DNA of 64,000 nt from Acidimicrobiales bacterium. Its GTDB lineage: Bacteria; Actinomycetota; Acidimicrobiia; Acidimicrobiales; GCA-2861595. Positions 8,947 through 17,761 of this stretch are shown here, in pieces. Both the position numbers and the translations under genes were made by a program. Within the stretch, counting starts at the first letter, position 1; each line of letters begins with the position of its first letter. Location: assembly GCA_035536185.1 (NCBI GenBank), contig DATLOM010000018.1:7865-71864 (forward strand), read 5' to 3'. The notes under the pieces are model-generated. The model did no database searches, was not told where the DNA came from, and saw only the letters and a list, made by a program, of their open reading frames with translations.

Positions 8947-10116
8947 GTGCGGGCCCTGTTCACCACACAGCCGGGGACGGGACACCTTCAAACCATCGTG
9001 CCCGTGGCCATCGCTTTGGCGAGCGCCGGTCACGATGTCGCCGTGTGCTCGTCGCCCACCCTCCGGCCAGAGGTCGAAGCCTTCGGGCTCTGCCACCTCG
9101 ACGCCGGAGTGAAGTGGCACATGTCCTGGCGTGCCGAGGACCGGCCATGGGCAGACCTGGTGCATGGCGGGGGAAGCCTGGGCGACGGGATGGCTCGCTT
9201 GTGGGTCTCCGTCGTGGCGCGGGCCTTTCTTCCCGACCTGCTCGCCGTCGCCAGGCACTGGGCCCCCGACGTCATCATACGGGAATCCACCGAGTACGCC
9301 GGTTGCGTTGCCGCGGAACGAATAGGCGTCCCGCACGTCTCCGTTCTCACCGACCTCTTCACGGCCGCGCAGCTCGCAAGCCCGCCCCTCCGCCGAGCTG
9401 TGAACGAGTTGCGTGCAGAAGTCGGCCTGTGCGCCGACGATGGCGCCATGGAGTATCGCTACCTACATCTGTGCCCCGTGCCCCCGCGGTTTCTCGACGA
9501 AAGCGAGCGGCACCGACCCAGCTCGCGGTTCGTTCAGCATATGCCCCGAGCACGGCCGAGCGACGAGCTGCCTGAATCCGTTCTCCGGCTTCCGGACCGT
9601 CCGACGGTGTTCGCCAGTTTGGGCACCACGACCTTCGCTACCGACGACCGCCGGTTGTGGAAGGCGCTCATGGACGGGTTGGCGGGCGAGGATCTCAACG
9701 TCGTGCTGGCTGTCGGCATCGGTGGCGACCCGTATTCGTTCGGACCTCCGCCACCAAACGTGGTCATCGAGCGATTCGTCCCTCAGGTACTGCTCCTGCC
9801 GAACTGCGGCGTGATGGTTACCTCCGGGGGCTTCACGAGCGTGCGAGATGCCTTGAGCTTCGGCATTCCCCTCGTGGTGGTCCCCGTCATGGGGCCCCAG
9901 TGGACTGTGGCGGGACGGTGCCAAGCGCTCGGACTGGGACGCTGCCTTGCTCCCGGTAATGCCACACCCACTGCCGTCCACGAAACGGTGAGAACGGTAT
10001 TGGACGATCCGAGCTACGCCCGCGAAGCGCGGAGTTTCGCACAAGAAATGTCTCGTCTGCTGAGTCCCGATGAAATGGTTGTCATCCTGGAGAATGTCGT
10101 GGCAGGAAGAATCTGA
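8947..10116 (+). CDS. Glycosyltransferase family 1 (MGT type)
   Basis: The N-terminus MRALFTTQPGTGHLQTIVPVAIALASAGHDV and the C-terminal VMVTSGGFTSVRDALSFGIPLVVVP match the family. Paralog of 4952-6187 and 12966-14237. Confidence 0.85.
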   Translation: MRALFTTQPGTGHLQTIVPVAIALASAGHDVAVCSSPTLRPEVEAFGLCHLDAGVKWHMSWRAEDRPWADLVHGGGSLGDGMARLWVSVVARAFLPDLLAVARHWAPDVIIRESTEYAGCVAAERIGVPHVSVLTDLFTAAQLASPPLRRAVNELRAEVGLCADDGAMEYRYLHLCPVPPRFLDESERHRPSSRFVQHMPRARPSDELPESVLRLPDRPTVFASLGTTTFATDDRRLWKALMDGLAGEDLNVVLAVGIGGDPYSFGPPPPNVVIERFVPQVLLLPNCGVMVTSGGFTSVRDALSFGIPLVVVPVMGPQWTVAGRCQALGLGRCLAPGNATPTAVHETVRTVLDDPSYAREARSFAQEMSRLLSPDEMVVILENVVAGRI

Positions 10117-10128
10117 CAATCGACGTAT

Positions 10129-11043
10129 TCAGCGTCCGGGGGCTAAGCGGGCAGAGCTCTCAACGAAGCCAAGTGCAGGTGTCGGCACGGAGCCCAAGTA
10201 CGTAGGGGTTTTGGCCGGCTTGTGAAACGGACGGCCCCGAATCCGCTCGTACTGGTCCCGGAACTCGGTCATCTCGAGCATCAAGTTGTGCGAGAGCGGG
10301 CGGTGAAACTGGTGGAAGGAGCCTTCACCCATGAGCACTATCAACTCGGTGCGCGGCAGGTCGCACACCCGCGCGTAGGTGTCGAGATTCAGAAACCCAC
10401 CTCTCGGCAGGTCGAACCGGACCTCGTAGCCACCCATCTCGTCGAATAGCCGGCGTGGGAGAAAGAGACATGGGCTTTCACTCAGCGGCGAGAACCAGCC
10501 TCCGGAGTTCGCTGGCGCTAAGGCGGCGATCTCGAAGAGCCGATAGCCGTCGGTTGGCCAGGCGATGGACTGCAGGAGGGTATCCTCGCTGCGCTGGTCG
10601 TACCCCTTGGCACTCGAACGTGACTGCACGTCAGGGCCGAGGTGCCATCCAAGGGTGGTCACGATGGGCCGCTCGTAGAGCCGCAGCGCCGAAAGAGCGT
10701 GAAGCACGACACCTGGGGTCACCATGCGGGCCCCGTCCAAGATGACACCGACATGCTCAGCAGCCGCGAGAGCGACGCCGAGGTTCACCGCTGCAGCGGG
10801 GGACGGGCTTGCCTCACTCACGTAGTGGTAGCGGATATTGGGCGCAATGGCTCTGATCTCTTCGGGATCGAGACGCTCGGACGAGCCATTGTCGACGACG
10901 ACCACCTCGTAGGCGTCTTCCTCCACACCTCGCTGGTATGCCGGCGACAGCGACACCAAGGTGCGAGGCAGCTCCCTTCGCATGTTGTAGGCCACAACCA
11001 CTATGGACAACGACGGGCGCACGGAGGGACCGTAGTCGGGCAT
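10129..11043 (-). CDS. Glycosyltransferase family 2
   Basis: Reads LSIVVVAYNMRRELPRTLVSLS...YEVVVVDNGSSE...GVILDGAR (GT-A fold, DxD-like). Start taken at ATG 11043 (MPDYGPSV). The longer track ORF would overlap the upstream small gene. Confidence 0.8.
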   Translation of the reverse strand: MPDYGPSVRPSLSIVVVAYNMRRELPRTLVSLSPAYQRGVEEDAYEVVVVDNGSSERLDPEEIRAIAPNIRYHYVSEASPSPAAAVNLGVALAAAEHVGVILDGARMVTPGVVLHALSALRLYERPIVTTLGWHLGPDVQSRSSAKGYDQRSEDTLLQSIAWPTDGYRLFEIAALAPANSGGWFSPLSESPCLFLPRRLFDEMGGYEVRFDLPRGGFLNLDTYARVCDLPRTELIVLMGEGSFHQFHRPLSHNLMLEMTEFRDQYERIRGRPFHKPAKTPTYLGSVPTPALGFVESSARLAPGR

Positions 11044-11108
11044 GGGCGGCGGCGAGGCAAGTCTCGGTACTCGAGACCGCTGCCGCGCAGAACTGTGCCG
11101 GTCTCGGT

Positions 11109-11363
11109 CTACGCCGGTGGGTGCTGCGGCTTCTTTCGACAGTCCGGCAACGAGAAGGTCGTCTCTGGGGCGACCATCCACCCAGGCAGAGACTTCACCA
11201 GCTCGAGCAACCGCCGCTCTTCGTACTCCACCAGCATCATCCGCGGAGACTCGCCGAGGAGGATCATTCCTGGTAGTTGGCGCACCCTTTCTGCATCAGC
11301 CGCGGGCTTGGCTCCCTCGCCCTCGTAGCGCAGCACGAGGCGCACCCTTGCCGATGATGCCAC
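11109..11363 (-). CDS. Small hypothetical protein (84 aa), possibly a propeptide/I9-like domain
   Basis: Abuts the stop of the S8 peptidase gene (11364) on the same strand. High GC3. The segment MILLGESPRMMLVEYEERRLLELVKSLPGWMVAPETTFSLP resembles the peptidase N-terminal segment RVVDSLGDDGAKLVEATPESALAIRAMQPGLQVVPLAYYS. Confidence 0.5.
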   Translation of the reverse strand: MASSARVRLVLRYEGEGAKPAADAERVRQLPGMILLGESPRMMLVEYEERRLLELVKSLPGWMVAPETTFSLPDCRKKPQHPPA

Positions 11364-12869
11364 CTATGCCGGCTGCGGCAGCCCGTGTCCCTCGAAGCCC
11401 GCACCGAGGCCACGCAGCTTCGCCGAGGCGTAGAGCGCCTTCAACAGCGCCTCGGAACGGGCGGCGTCACGTGGCGTCTTCAGGATTTCGGATGACGCGA
11501 GGACGTCGGCAGCGGCGCCGGTCACGGCCGGGCACGCCATCGACGTCCCACTGATCTCGGTATAGCTGCCGGGGACGGTCGAGATGATGGCCACGCCCGG
11601 CCCGGTGAGGTCGATCTGTGGGCCGATGTTGGAGAAGGCGCCGATGAACTCGGCCTTGTCCGTGGCAAAGGGCGGTGCCACATCCTCCGCCTCGGCGGTG
11701 CCCTTGGGGAACGTGCCCTTACGGCCCAGCGCGGAGACCGCAACTGCCGTGGGTTCGGATGCGGGGAAGCCCACCAGGCCTCTGTCGCCGTTGCCGGCGG
11801 CGATGATGCACAGACTTCCCTTCTTTCTGGCATCCTGCACTGCCGCCCTCAGTGTCGGGTCGGGCATGCCGGACAGCGCGCCGAGACTCATGTTGATGAG
11901 GTCGCAGCGGTCGGCCACGGCGAGGTCTATGGCCTTGGCAATGGCGAAGCTGTCGGCGGAGTTGCTCCCCTTTGCGAAGACCCGGTACGAGCGGAGCGTC
12001 ACTCCGGGGGCCACGCCCCTTATTCCCGTGGGGGGCGTTCCTCGTGCCGCCACGATGCCGGCCACGTGGGTGCCGTGGTGCTTGCCGTTGTCCCCGTAGT
12101 CTTCGGGGTCCTCGCCCGCCACCGTGTTCGCTCCGCCGGATACCGCAAGGTCGGGATGGTCGGCCACGCCAGAGTCGATCACGGCCACCGTCACACCGGC
12201 TCCCGCGTCGTCGGCCGGGTGCCCGTAGTAGTGACGGAGGGCGTCGGTGTAGGCGAGGTCGATCGGCTGCAACTCGATGGTAGTGCCTGTCTTCACCGGA
12301 GCCTTCAGCTTGCGCAGCGTCCAAAAGGCGTTGGTCGGGTACACGTACAACCTGTCCAGAGTGACGCTCGCTCGGCCCAGCGCCAGGCTCACCTCGCCCT
12401 TGGCGTCGGAAACTCCCTGGGCGCCCACCCCCGCGGCAAAGTCGGTGAAGGCAACCACTATGGCGCCATCCACGACGGTCTTGTCCTTCTTCGACACGAG
12501 GGTCAATGTCACGGTAGCTGCCGTCCCCGAGGCGCGGCGGGGCGTCATCGGCTCCCTTATCTCGTGGCGCACCATGGCGTAGGAGTAATAGGCGAGCGGG
12601 ACGACCTGAAGACCTGGCTGCATGGCCCGGATGGCAAGCGCGGACTCCGGTGTGGCTTCCACGAGCTTGGCCCCGTCATCGCCCAGGGAGTCCACCACCC
12701 GTAGCGGGACGCGGTGCCCCTGGGTCAAGGTCACCTGGCGTGATGTAGCCACCGGTGCCCCCAACTCCTGCAGGAACGCCTTGGCTCCCGCAGTGGCCGT
12801 CCGTCCCTTGACGCGCAACCCCTCCGGAGGCAGGACGACATACCGATCTGTGCCTGATGCTCGAGCCAT
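11364..12869 (-). CDS. S8 (subtilisin) family serine peptidase, no signal peptide
   Basis: Catalytic triad blocks VAVIDSGVADHPDL (Asp), HGTHVAGIVAARG (His) and SGTSMACPAVTGAAA (Ser). The N-terminus MARASGTDRYVVLPPEG has no hydrophobic signal sequence. Confidence 0.9.
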   Translation of the reverse strand: MARASGTDRYVVLPPEGLRVKGRTATAGAKAFLQELGAPVATSRQVTLTQGHRVPLRVVDSLGDDGAKLVEATPESALAIRAMQPGLQVVPLAYYSYAMVRHEIREPMTPRRASGTAATVTLTLVSKKDKTVVDGAIVVAFTDFAAGVGAQGVSDAKGEVSLALGRASVTLDRLYVYPTNAFWTLRKLKAPVKTGTTIELQPIDLAYTDALRHYYGHPADDAGAGVTVAVIDSGVADHPDLAVSGGANTVAGEDPEDYGDNGKHHGTHVAGIVAARGTPPTGIRGVAPGVTLRSYRVFAKGSNSADSFAIAKAIDLAVADRCDLINMSLGALSGMPDPTLRAAVQDARKKGSLCIIAAGNGDRGLVGFPASEPTAVAVSALGRKGTFPKGTAEAEDVAPPFATDKAEFIGAFSNIGPQIDLTGPGVAIISTVPGSYTEISGTSMACPAVTGAAADVLASSEILKTPRDAARSEALLKALYASAKLRGLGAGFEGHGLPQPA

Positions 12870-12965
12870 CGTGTCCCCTGTCTGTGCCTGTCAAGAATTC
12901 GAAGTTCGGATTCTCGCACGCGCTGGTCGCCAATGCCAGGAGCAACCTGATAGGCCGGAGCGCGC
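12870..12965. promoter_or_regulatory. Divergent promoter region between the S8 peptidase and GT1 genes
   Basis: This is the most AT-rich stretch of the cluster (TGTCAAGAATTCGAAGTTCGGATTCTCGCAC). It carries overlapping GAATTC/TTCGAA/GAAGTTC half-palindromes between two divergent starts. No -10/-35 assignment attempted. Confidence 0.3.
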
Positions 12966-14237
12966 ATGCGAGTCCTGTGCACCTGCCTTCCCGAGTTCGG
13001 CCACTTCCACCCGCTCGTGCCGGTGGCACAAGCGCTCGAGAACGCCGGCCACACCGTCGCCTTCGCCACGGCAGGCGAGTTCTGCGAGCGCATCGAACGC
13101 GCTGGCTTCGACGCCTTCCCCGCCGGTTTGTCCTTTCACCAGCAGATGGATGAGGCGCGGCGGTGCTACCCCCAGGAGGCGGCACTCCCACCAGGCCCGG
13201 ATCGCTTCGCCTCCTTCGTGCCGAGGATGCTCGCCGGCGTGGCGGCGCCCGCCCGGGCGAAGGACCTGTTGGCCATCGTCAGCGGGTTCCGTCCCGACGT
13301 CGTACTGCACGGCGAAGCAGAGTTCGGAGGTCCGCTCGTAGCCGAGCTGGCAGGTCTGCCATATGTTGGTCAGAGCCTGTCGGTCCTGCGACCTCTCGAG
13401 ATGGCACGTCTCGCCGGCGACACCCTCGCCCGTGCCTGTCGGGATCGTGGGTGGAACATCGACGTGGGCCCCTTTGGAGGACTCTACCGCTACCTCTACC
13501 TCGACGTCTGTCCTCCTGGTCTCCAGTCGGCGGAGATCAGCGCAGTGGCCGTAGCCCATCGAGCCGACGCGGAGGGCAAGCCTCTGGCGCAGCGCTCGGC
13601 ATCTTCGGGCGATACGAGGAAGTCTCGTGACCATCCTTACGACGGCACTGAGGGCGAGGCGCCTCCAGCCTGGGTGAAGGAGCTGGACGACCGCCCGACC
13701 ATCTATGTCACACTGGGCACGATCAATGACGACCCCGCCCTCTACCGAGTCATCCTCGACGGGCTGCGGGATGAGCCGGTGAACGTGGTGGTCACCGTCG
13801 GCGGCACAGGGGACCCGGCCAGCCTCGACCCAGGTTTGCCGAACGTCTACGTCGAGCGCTACATCCCCCAGTCGTTGCTCCTCCCCCACTGCAGCATCGT
13901 GGTCAACCATGCCGGTTCGATCCTGCCCCCGCTGGGCCACGCGCTGCCGATGCTGATGGTTCCCGGGAAGGGCAACGAGTTCCACAATGCAGAGGCGTGC
14001 ATGAGGGCGGGCATCGGACGCGTGGTGGCACGTCAGGAGGCGACGGCGGAGACCGTTCGTCGGGAAGTGCGGATCCTCCTGGAGGACGAGTCCTATCGGA
14101 ACCTGAGCAGGAACGTCGCTTCTGAGATCGCAGCCATGCCGGGCGCCGAACACGCGGCACGGCTAGTGGAGCGCCTCGCGGAAGACGGACGCCCGGCGGC
14201 CGGTGATCCGGCCGTCACCGGCTCCCCGACGTCATGA
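12966..14237 (+). CDS. Glycosyltransferase family 1 (MGT type)
   Basis: The N-terminus MRVLCTCLPEFGHFHPLVPVAQALENAGHTV and the C-terminal IVVNHAGSILPPLGHALPMLMVPGKGNEFHNA match the family. Its stop overlaps the next start (ATGA at 14234-14237). Confidence 0.85.
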   Translation: MRVLCTCLPEFGHFHPLVPVAQALENAGHTVAFATAGEFCERIERAGFDAFPAGLSFHQQMDEARRCYPQEAALPPGPDRFASFVPRMLAGVAAPARAKDLLAIVSGFRPDVVLHGEAEFGGPLVAELAGLPYVGQSLSVLRPLEMARLAGDTLARACRDRGWNIDVGPFGGLYRYLYLDVCPPGLQSAEISAVAVAHRADAEGKPLAQRSASSGDTRKSRDHPYDGTEGEAPPAWVKELDDRPTIYVTLGTINDDPALYRVILDGLRDEPVNVVVTVGGTGDPASLDPGLPNVYVERYIPQSLLLPHCSIVVNHAGSILPPLGHALPMLMVPGKGNEFHNAEACMRAGIGRVVARQEATAETVRREVRILLEDESYRNLSRNVASEIAAMPGAEHAARLVERLAEDGRPAAGDPAVTGSPTS

Positions 14238-15346
14238 GGGTGCCGCAGTTCAGGCCGTGGGTCGGCGAGGACGAGCACGACGCCACCCGGGCATGTTTCG
14301 AGACGGGATGGTTGGGCGAGGGGCCGTTCGCGGCACAGTTCCAGGCGGCGTTGTTGAACCTGATCACGGCTCGCTTCGGCGTGTTCGCTCCTAGCGGCAC
14401 CATGGCGCTCTACCTGGCGATGAGGGTCCTCGACATCGGGCCCGGGGACGAGGTCATCGTGCCGGACTTCACCTTCTTCTCGTCCGCCTCGTCGGTAGAG
14501 ATGACGGGTGCAGCACCCGTCTTCGTCGACGTCAACCGCCGTAACTTCCAAATCGACCTGTCACATGCAGACCGTCTGGTCAACGAACGGACCAAAGCCG
14601 TCATGCCCGTCCACGTCTACGGGACGGCGGCCGACATGGACGCCGTCATGGCCTTCGCCGGCCGCCACGGAATCTTGGTGATCGAGGACGCTGCCCAGGC
14701 TCTCGATGTGCGCTACCGCGGCCGCCACGCGGGCACGTTCGGCATCGCGGGCTGCTTCTCGTTCTTCCCGGACAAGACGATCACCACCGGCGAGGGCGGC
14801 TTCGTGGTGACCGACGACGAGGCCGTCTACGATCGCCTGGTCCAAGTGCGCAACCAGGGGCGTCGCTCCAGCGGCACCTACATTCACCCCGAGATCGGCT
14901 ACAACCTCCGGATAACCGACGTGCAGGCGGCGATCGGCCTCACGCAGCTGGCGAAGCTGGCGGAGATCAAACGCCGCAAGCTCCACGTGCTCGACCGCTA
15001 CAGGGAGCTGCTCGCGGGCACGGGCGTCACCTTCTTCAGCCCTGATGATCACGCCGAGTGGCTCCCGTTCCGGGTTGGGATCCTCCATCGCCTCGCCCAC
15101 GAGATGATCGAGTTCCTCTCGGACAAGGAGATCGAGGCTCGCACCTTTTTCTACCCGCTCCACCGCCAGCCGCCCTTCGCCCGCTTCGTCGGCTCAGGCG
15201 ACTTGGCGGAGGACTTCGCCAACTCGGACTACGGCTACGACAACGGTGTATGCCTACCGACGTTCCCCACCCTGACAAACATCCAGATCGAGTACGTGTG
15301 CGACGCCATCAGGGCATTCCTCGCCGGGCAAGACCAGGCGGTATGA
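14234..15346 (+). CDS. DegT/DnrJ/EryC1/StrS-family PLP-dependent sugar aminotransferase
   Basis: Reads FAPSGTMALYLAMRVLDIGPGDEVIVPDFTFFSS...AAPVFVDVN. The PLP-lysine block is FSFFPDKTITTGEGGFVVTDD. Confidence 0.9.
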   Translation: MRVPQFRPWVGEDEHDATRACFETGWLGEGPFAAQFQAALLNLITARFGVFAPSGTMALYLAMRVLDIGPGDEVIVPDFTFFSSASSVEMTGAAPVFVDVNRRNFQIDLSHADRLVNERTKAVMPVHVYGTAADMDAVMAFAGRHGILVIEDAAQALDVRYRGRHAGTFGIAGCFSFFPDKTITTGEGGFVVTDDEAVYDRLVQVRNQGRRSSGTYIHPEIGYNLRITDVQAAIGLTQLAKLAEIKRRKLHVLDRYRELLAGTGVTFFSPDDHAEWLPFRVGILHRLAHEMIEFLSDKEIEARTFFYPLHRQPPFARFVGSGDLAEDFANSDYGYDNGVCLPTFPTLTNIQIEYVCDAIRAFLAGQDQAV

Positions 15347-15362
15347 GGACCAACTGCGGTGC

Positions 15363-15929
15363 TTACGAGAAAATGGAGGTGGGGAACTTCTCCGTGACGA
15401 CCATGACGGGGCGCTGGCAGGAAACCACGCGGTAGGTCCTGACCAGCAGGCAGGCCGACGGGTCTATACCGAAGTAGTCGGCACAGCTCCCGGCGGGCTC
15501 CCGGCCCGATGCCAGCACCTCCTTCCACGTCTCCACCCTGGCGTCGGCGAGAAGCGGGCCGATGGCCTCATCCGTCTCCTGGAGGCCCTCCCTGACGGCT
15601 GGTGGGAGCCGGTCCCAGGCGACCAGCGCCTCGGCGTAGAGCCAGTTCGTGCCACTGCGCCTGCCTTGCAGGAGGATCGTTCTCCGTAGCAACGGCTGGT
15701 CATGACCGAGGTCGAGCTCTGGGCATCGACCGTGGCCCTGGTCCGACAGTTCGTGGACCAGCTTCACCACGCCGACGGGTTCGTCGGCATAGGCCTCGAT
15801 GATGCGGGTCACCGTTCCGTCCGTGGTCAGGAGCACCCTTGCCAAGGGCCCGGGATAAGCCTCGCGGCGTAGCTGGTCGTGGGCGCCCACGTAGCCGATG
15901 CTCGGGCACACGTCCTGGACCAGTGCCAT
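15363..15929 (-). CDS. Chorismate pyruvate-lyase-like protein (Chor_lyase/DUF98 family)
   Basis: Reads RVLLTTDGTVTRIIEAYADEPVGV...LLRRTILLQGRRSGTNWLYAEALVAWDRLPPAVREGLQETDEAIGPLL...ETWKE...RTYRVVSCQRPVMVVTEKFPTSIF. From memory this closely parallels the Rv2949c-type 4-hydroxybenzoate-forming enzyme. Not verified by alignment. Confidence 0.75.
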   Translation of the reverse strand: MALVQDVCPSIGYVGAHDQLRREAYPGPLARVLLTTDGTVTRIIEAYADEPVGVVKLVHELSDQGHGRCPELDLGHDQPLLRRTILLQGRRSGTNWLYAEALVAWDRLPPAVREGLQETDEAIGPLLADARVETWKEVLASGREPAGSCADYFGIDPSACLLVRTYRVVSCQRPVMVVTEKFPTSIFS

Positions 15930-15941
15930 GGTGCGCCGACG

Positions 15942-16655
15942 CTACCAGCCGGGACGACCCAGGACGGCAGCCGCAAGTTCCGGGCCCACCCACGCAGCGG
16001 TGAACACATGGCCGTCCGCTACGTCGAAGGCGCCCGGCAAAGTCGAGGCTGGGGAGCCGCCGCGTTTGACTGCATGGACGTCTGCGGCGAGTCTCGAGCC
16101 TCCGAGGTCCAAGTCGACCGCAATGTCGGTTAGCGCCACGAGCCGTCCTGTGGCGGAGAACAGGCACTTCACCATCGATTCCTTGGCGCTGAAGGAGATC
16201 TTGGTGGCGAAAGGGGTGAGGGGATGAGGGGTTCGCTCGACCTGGAGCTCGGCGGCAGTGTGAACCATCCGCTCGACTCCTTGCTCCAGGGGTGGCTCGA
16301 GTGGCTCGATGTCGACGCCGATGCCCGAGAAGTCCTCCGCTCGTGCCACGGCAGCAGCGGCCCAGGCGCCTCCGTGGGAGATGCTGCCTACAGATCCCGG
16401 CGGCCACAATGGCTCCCGGTTGGGGCCGATGGCGATTGGCCCTGAGTCGCATCCGAGGGCGCGCAGAGCCTCGTGCGCACACGCGCGGCCGGCGAGGAAC
16501 TCCCTCCGGCGCTTCGGGCCCGCGGTCGGAACCATGTCCCGCTCCTCGCTCCACAGGTGTGCCTCCTCCTGGCAACGCAGATCGCGCACGGCCACCACCA
16601 CGCCCGGAGGGAACAGCGCGTCGAGCACCTTGGCAACTTCTGCCGCGGTCGTCAT
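15942..16655 (-). CDS. 4'-phosphopantetheinyl transferase (EntD/Sfp superfamily)
   Basis: Reads FLAGRACAHEALRALG, GSISHGGAWAAAAVA, GIGVDIEPL and FSAKESMVKC. Start at ATG 16655 (MTTAAEVAKVL). The upstream 206 codons of track ORF 15942-17273 are antisense to the next gene and were rejected. Confidence 0.8.
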   Translation of the reverse strand: MTTAAEVAKVLDALFPPGVVVAVRDLRCQEEAHLWSEERDMVPTAGPKRRREFLAGRACAHEALRALGCDSGPIAIGPNREPLWPPGSVGSISHGGAWAAAAVARAEDFSGIGVDIEPLEPPLEQGVERMVHTAAELQVERTPHPLTPFATKISFSAKESMVKCLFSATGRLVALTDIAVDLDLGGSRLAADVHAVKRGGSPASTLPGAFDVADGHVFTAAWVGPELAAAVLGRPGW

Positions 16656-16713
16656 TGGCCGGCCCTGGGGCACGGCTCTTGGTCTGAGGCTTGCGCTGAG
16701 GTAGCCATGGTGC

Positions 16714-17265
16714 ATGACGCCGAACGGAGCCGTGCCGTTCAGCACTGCGACGATACGTCGTCGACTTGCTCTGACGTGGATCGGCATTGCGGGATCTGTC
16801 GGCGTCCTGTTCGTCGCGGCACTAAGTACTCGCAGCCCGCTGGACGACCGGGACCCAGCGCAGCAGCGCCCGGGGTTCCTCGACGCCGTAGGCCACGCGA
16901 GTTCAGCGCCCCGGATAGCTCCAGACCTTCCCCGGAACGGCCGGAAGGTGGTTGTGTTCTTCGTCCGTCCCGGCGTGGCCGGCTGGCTCTGCAGCTCTCT
17001 CAGCACCGACCAGCCGCTCCGACGACGAGCCGACGTGGCGGTGGTCGGTCCCGCGGCAACCTCGTCTTGCACGGGCGTGGCGACGGTCACGGATCCGGCG
17101 GGATCACTGGCGCGCGCCTTCGGGATGAGGCGCCCAAGGGATGGCGGACCGCCGGTCGGGTACGCCGTAGTGGACAGCCACGGGCTGATCCGGTACCGGA
17201 CCCTCGACCCGAGGGTGGCCTCAGCGTTGGACGAGGTGGAGACGATGGTGAGGGCGACGCCGTGA
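16714..17265 (+). CDS. Membrane-anchored thioredoxin-fold (TlpA/redoxin-like) protein, CxxC not conserved
   Basis: Has an N-terminal TM segment (LALTWIGIAGSVGVLFVAAL). The segments KVVVFFVRPGVAGWLCSSL and GYAVVDSHGLIRYRTLDP fit a redoxin fold, but only a single Cys sits where CxxC is expected. Confidence 0.5.
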   Translation: MTPNGAVPFSTATIRRRLALTWIGIAGSVGVLFVAALSTRSPLDDRDPAQQRPGFLDAVGHASSAPRIAPDLPRNGRKVVVFFVRPGVAGWLCSSLSTDQPLRRRADVAVVGPAATSSCTGVATVTDPAGSLARAFGMRRPRDGGPPVGYAVVDSHGLIRYRTLDPRVASALDEVETMVRATP

Positions 17266-17303
17266 GCCGGCAAGCGACGGCTTCAGCAAGGGTTGCTCCC
17301 CTG

Positions 17304-17705
17304 ATGGCCTCGGCATCTTGCGTAATGGCCGTGGCCGTCGAACTGCTCCTGTACCGCTCCTACAAAGGCCACGACGCCCGCTTCCACTGGTTCACGCACT
17401 TCTTCGTCGGAGCCGCGGTCGCGCTGCTAGCCATGGCGGTGGTCGCTTGGCGCACACGTCACCCGGTAGCCCTACCCATGCTTTGGCCCCTCCTGGGCCA
17501 CCTCGTGGCCATGGCGCCCGACATCCTGTTCAACTTCGGCATGGCCCACAGGCGGTGGATGGACGTATTCCTCGCCCACGTTTCCAGCCACTACGTCCCC
17601 GGCCGCAACGTCACGTGGTTCGGGGTGTTCCTAGCCTCCCTCGCAGTCTATCTGGTCGTTCTGGACCGCCGCGTTTCACCAGCGCCAGTGTGGGCCGGGA
17701 AGTAG
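17304..17705 (+). CDS. Hypothetical His-rich integral membrane protein
   Basis: This is the C-terminal 133 codons of track ORF 16473-17705, starting at ATG 17304. It has three or four hydrophobic segments (FFVGAAVALLAMAVVAW, LPMLWPLLGHLVAMAPDILF, WFGVFLASLAVYLVVL) with conserved-looking His residues. Confidence 0.6.
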   Translation: MASASCVMAVAVELLLYRSYKGHDARFHWFTHFFVGAAVALLAMAVVAWRTRHPVALPMLWPLLGHLVAMAPDILFNFGMAHRRWMDVFLAHVSSHYVPGRNVTWFGVFLASLAVYLVVLDRRVSPAPVWAGK

Positions 17706-17761
17706 GTTGACTTCGTGGTCGGCACTGGAGGACGCTCGTCCGGACCGCTGGGACGGGTCGC

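Noticed and set aside
12891-14153. 420-aa ORF on the minus strand
   Set aside because: It is antisense to the GT1 gene 12966-14237.
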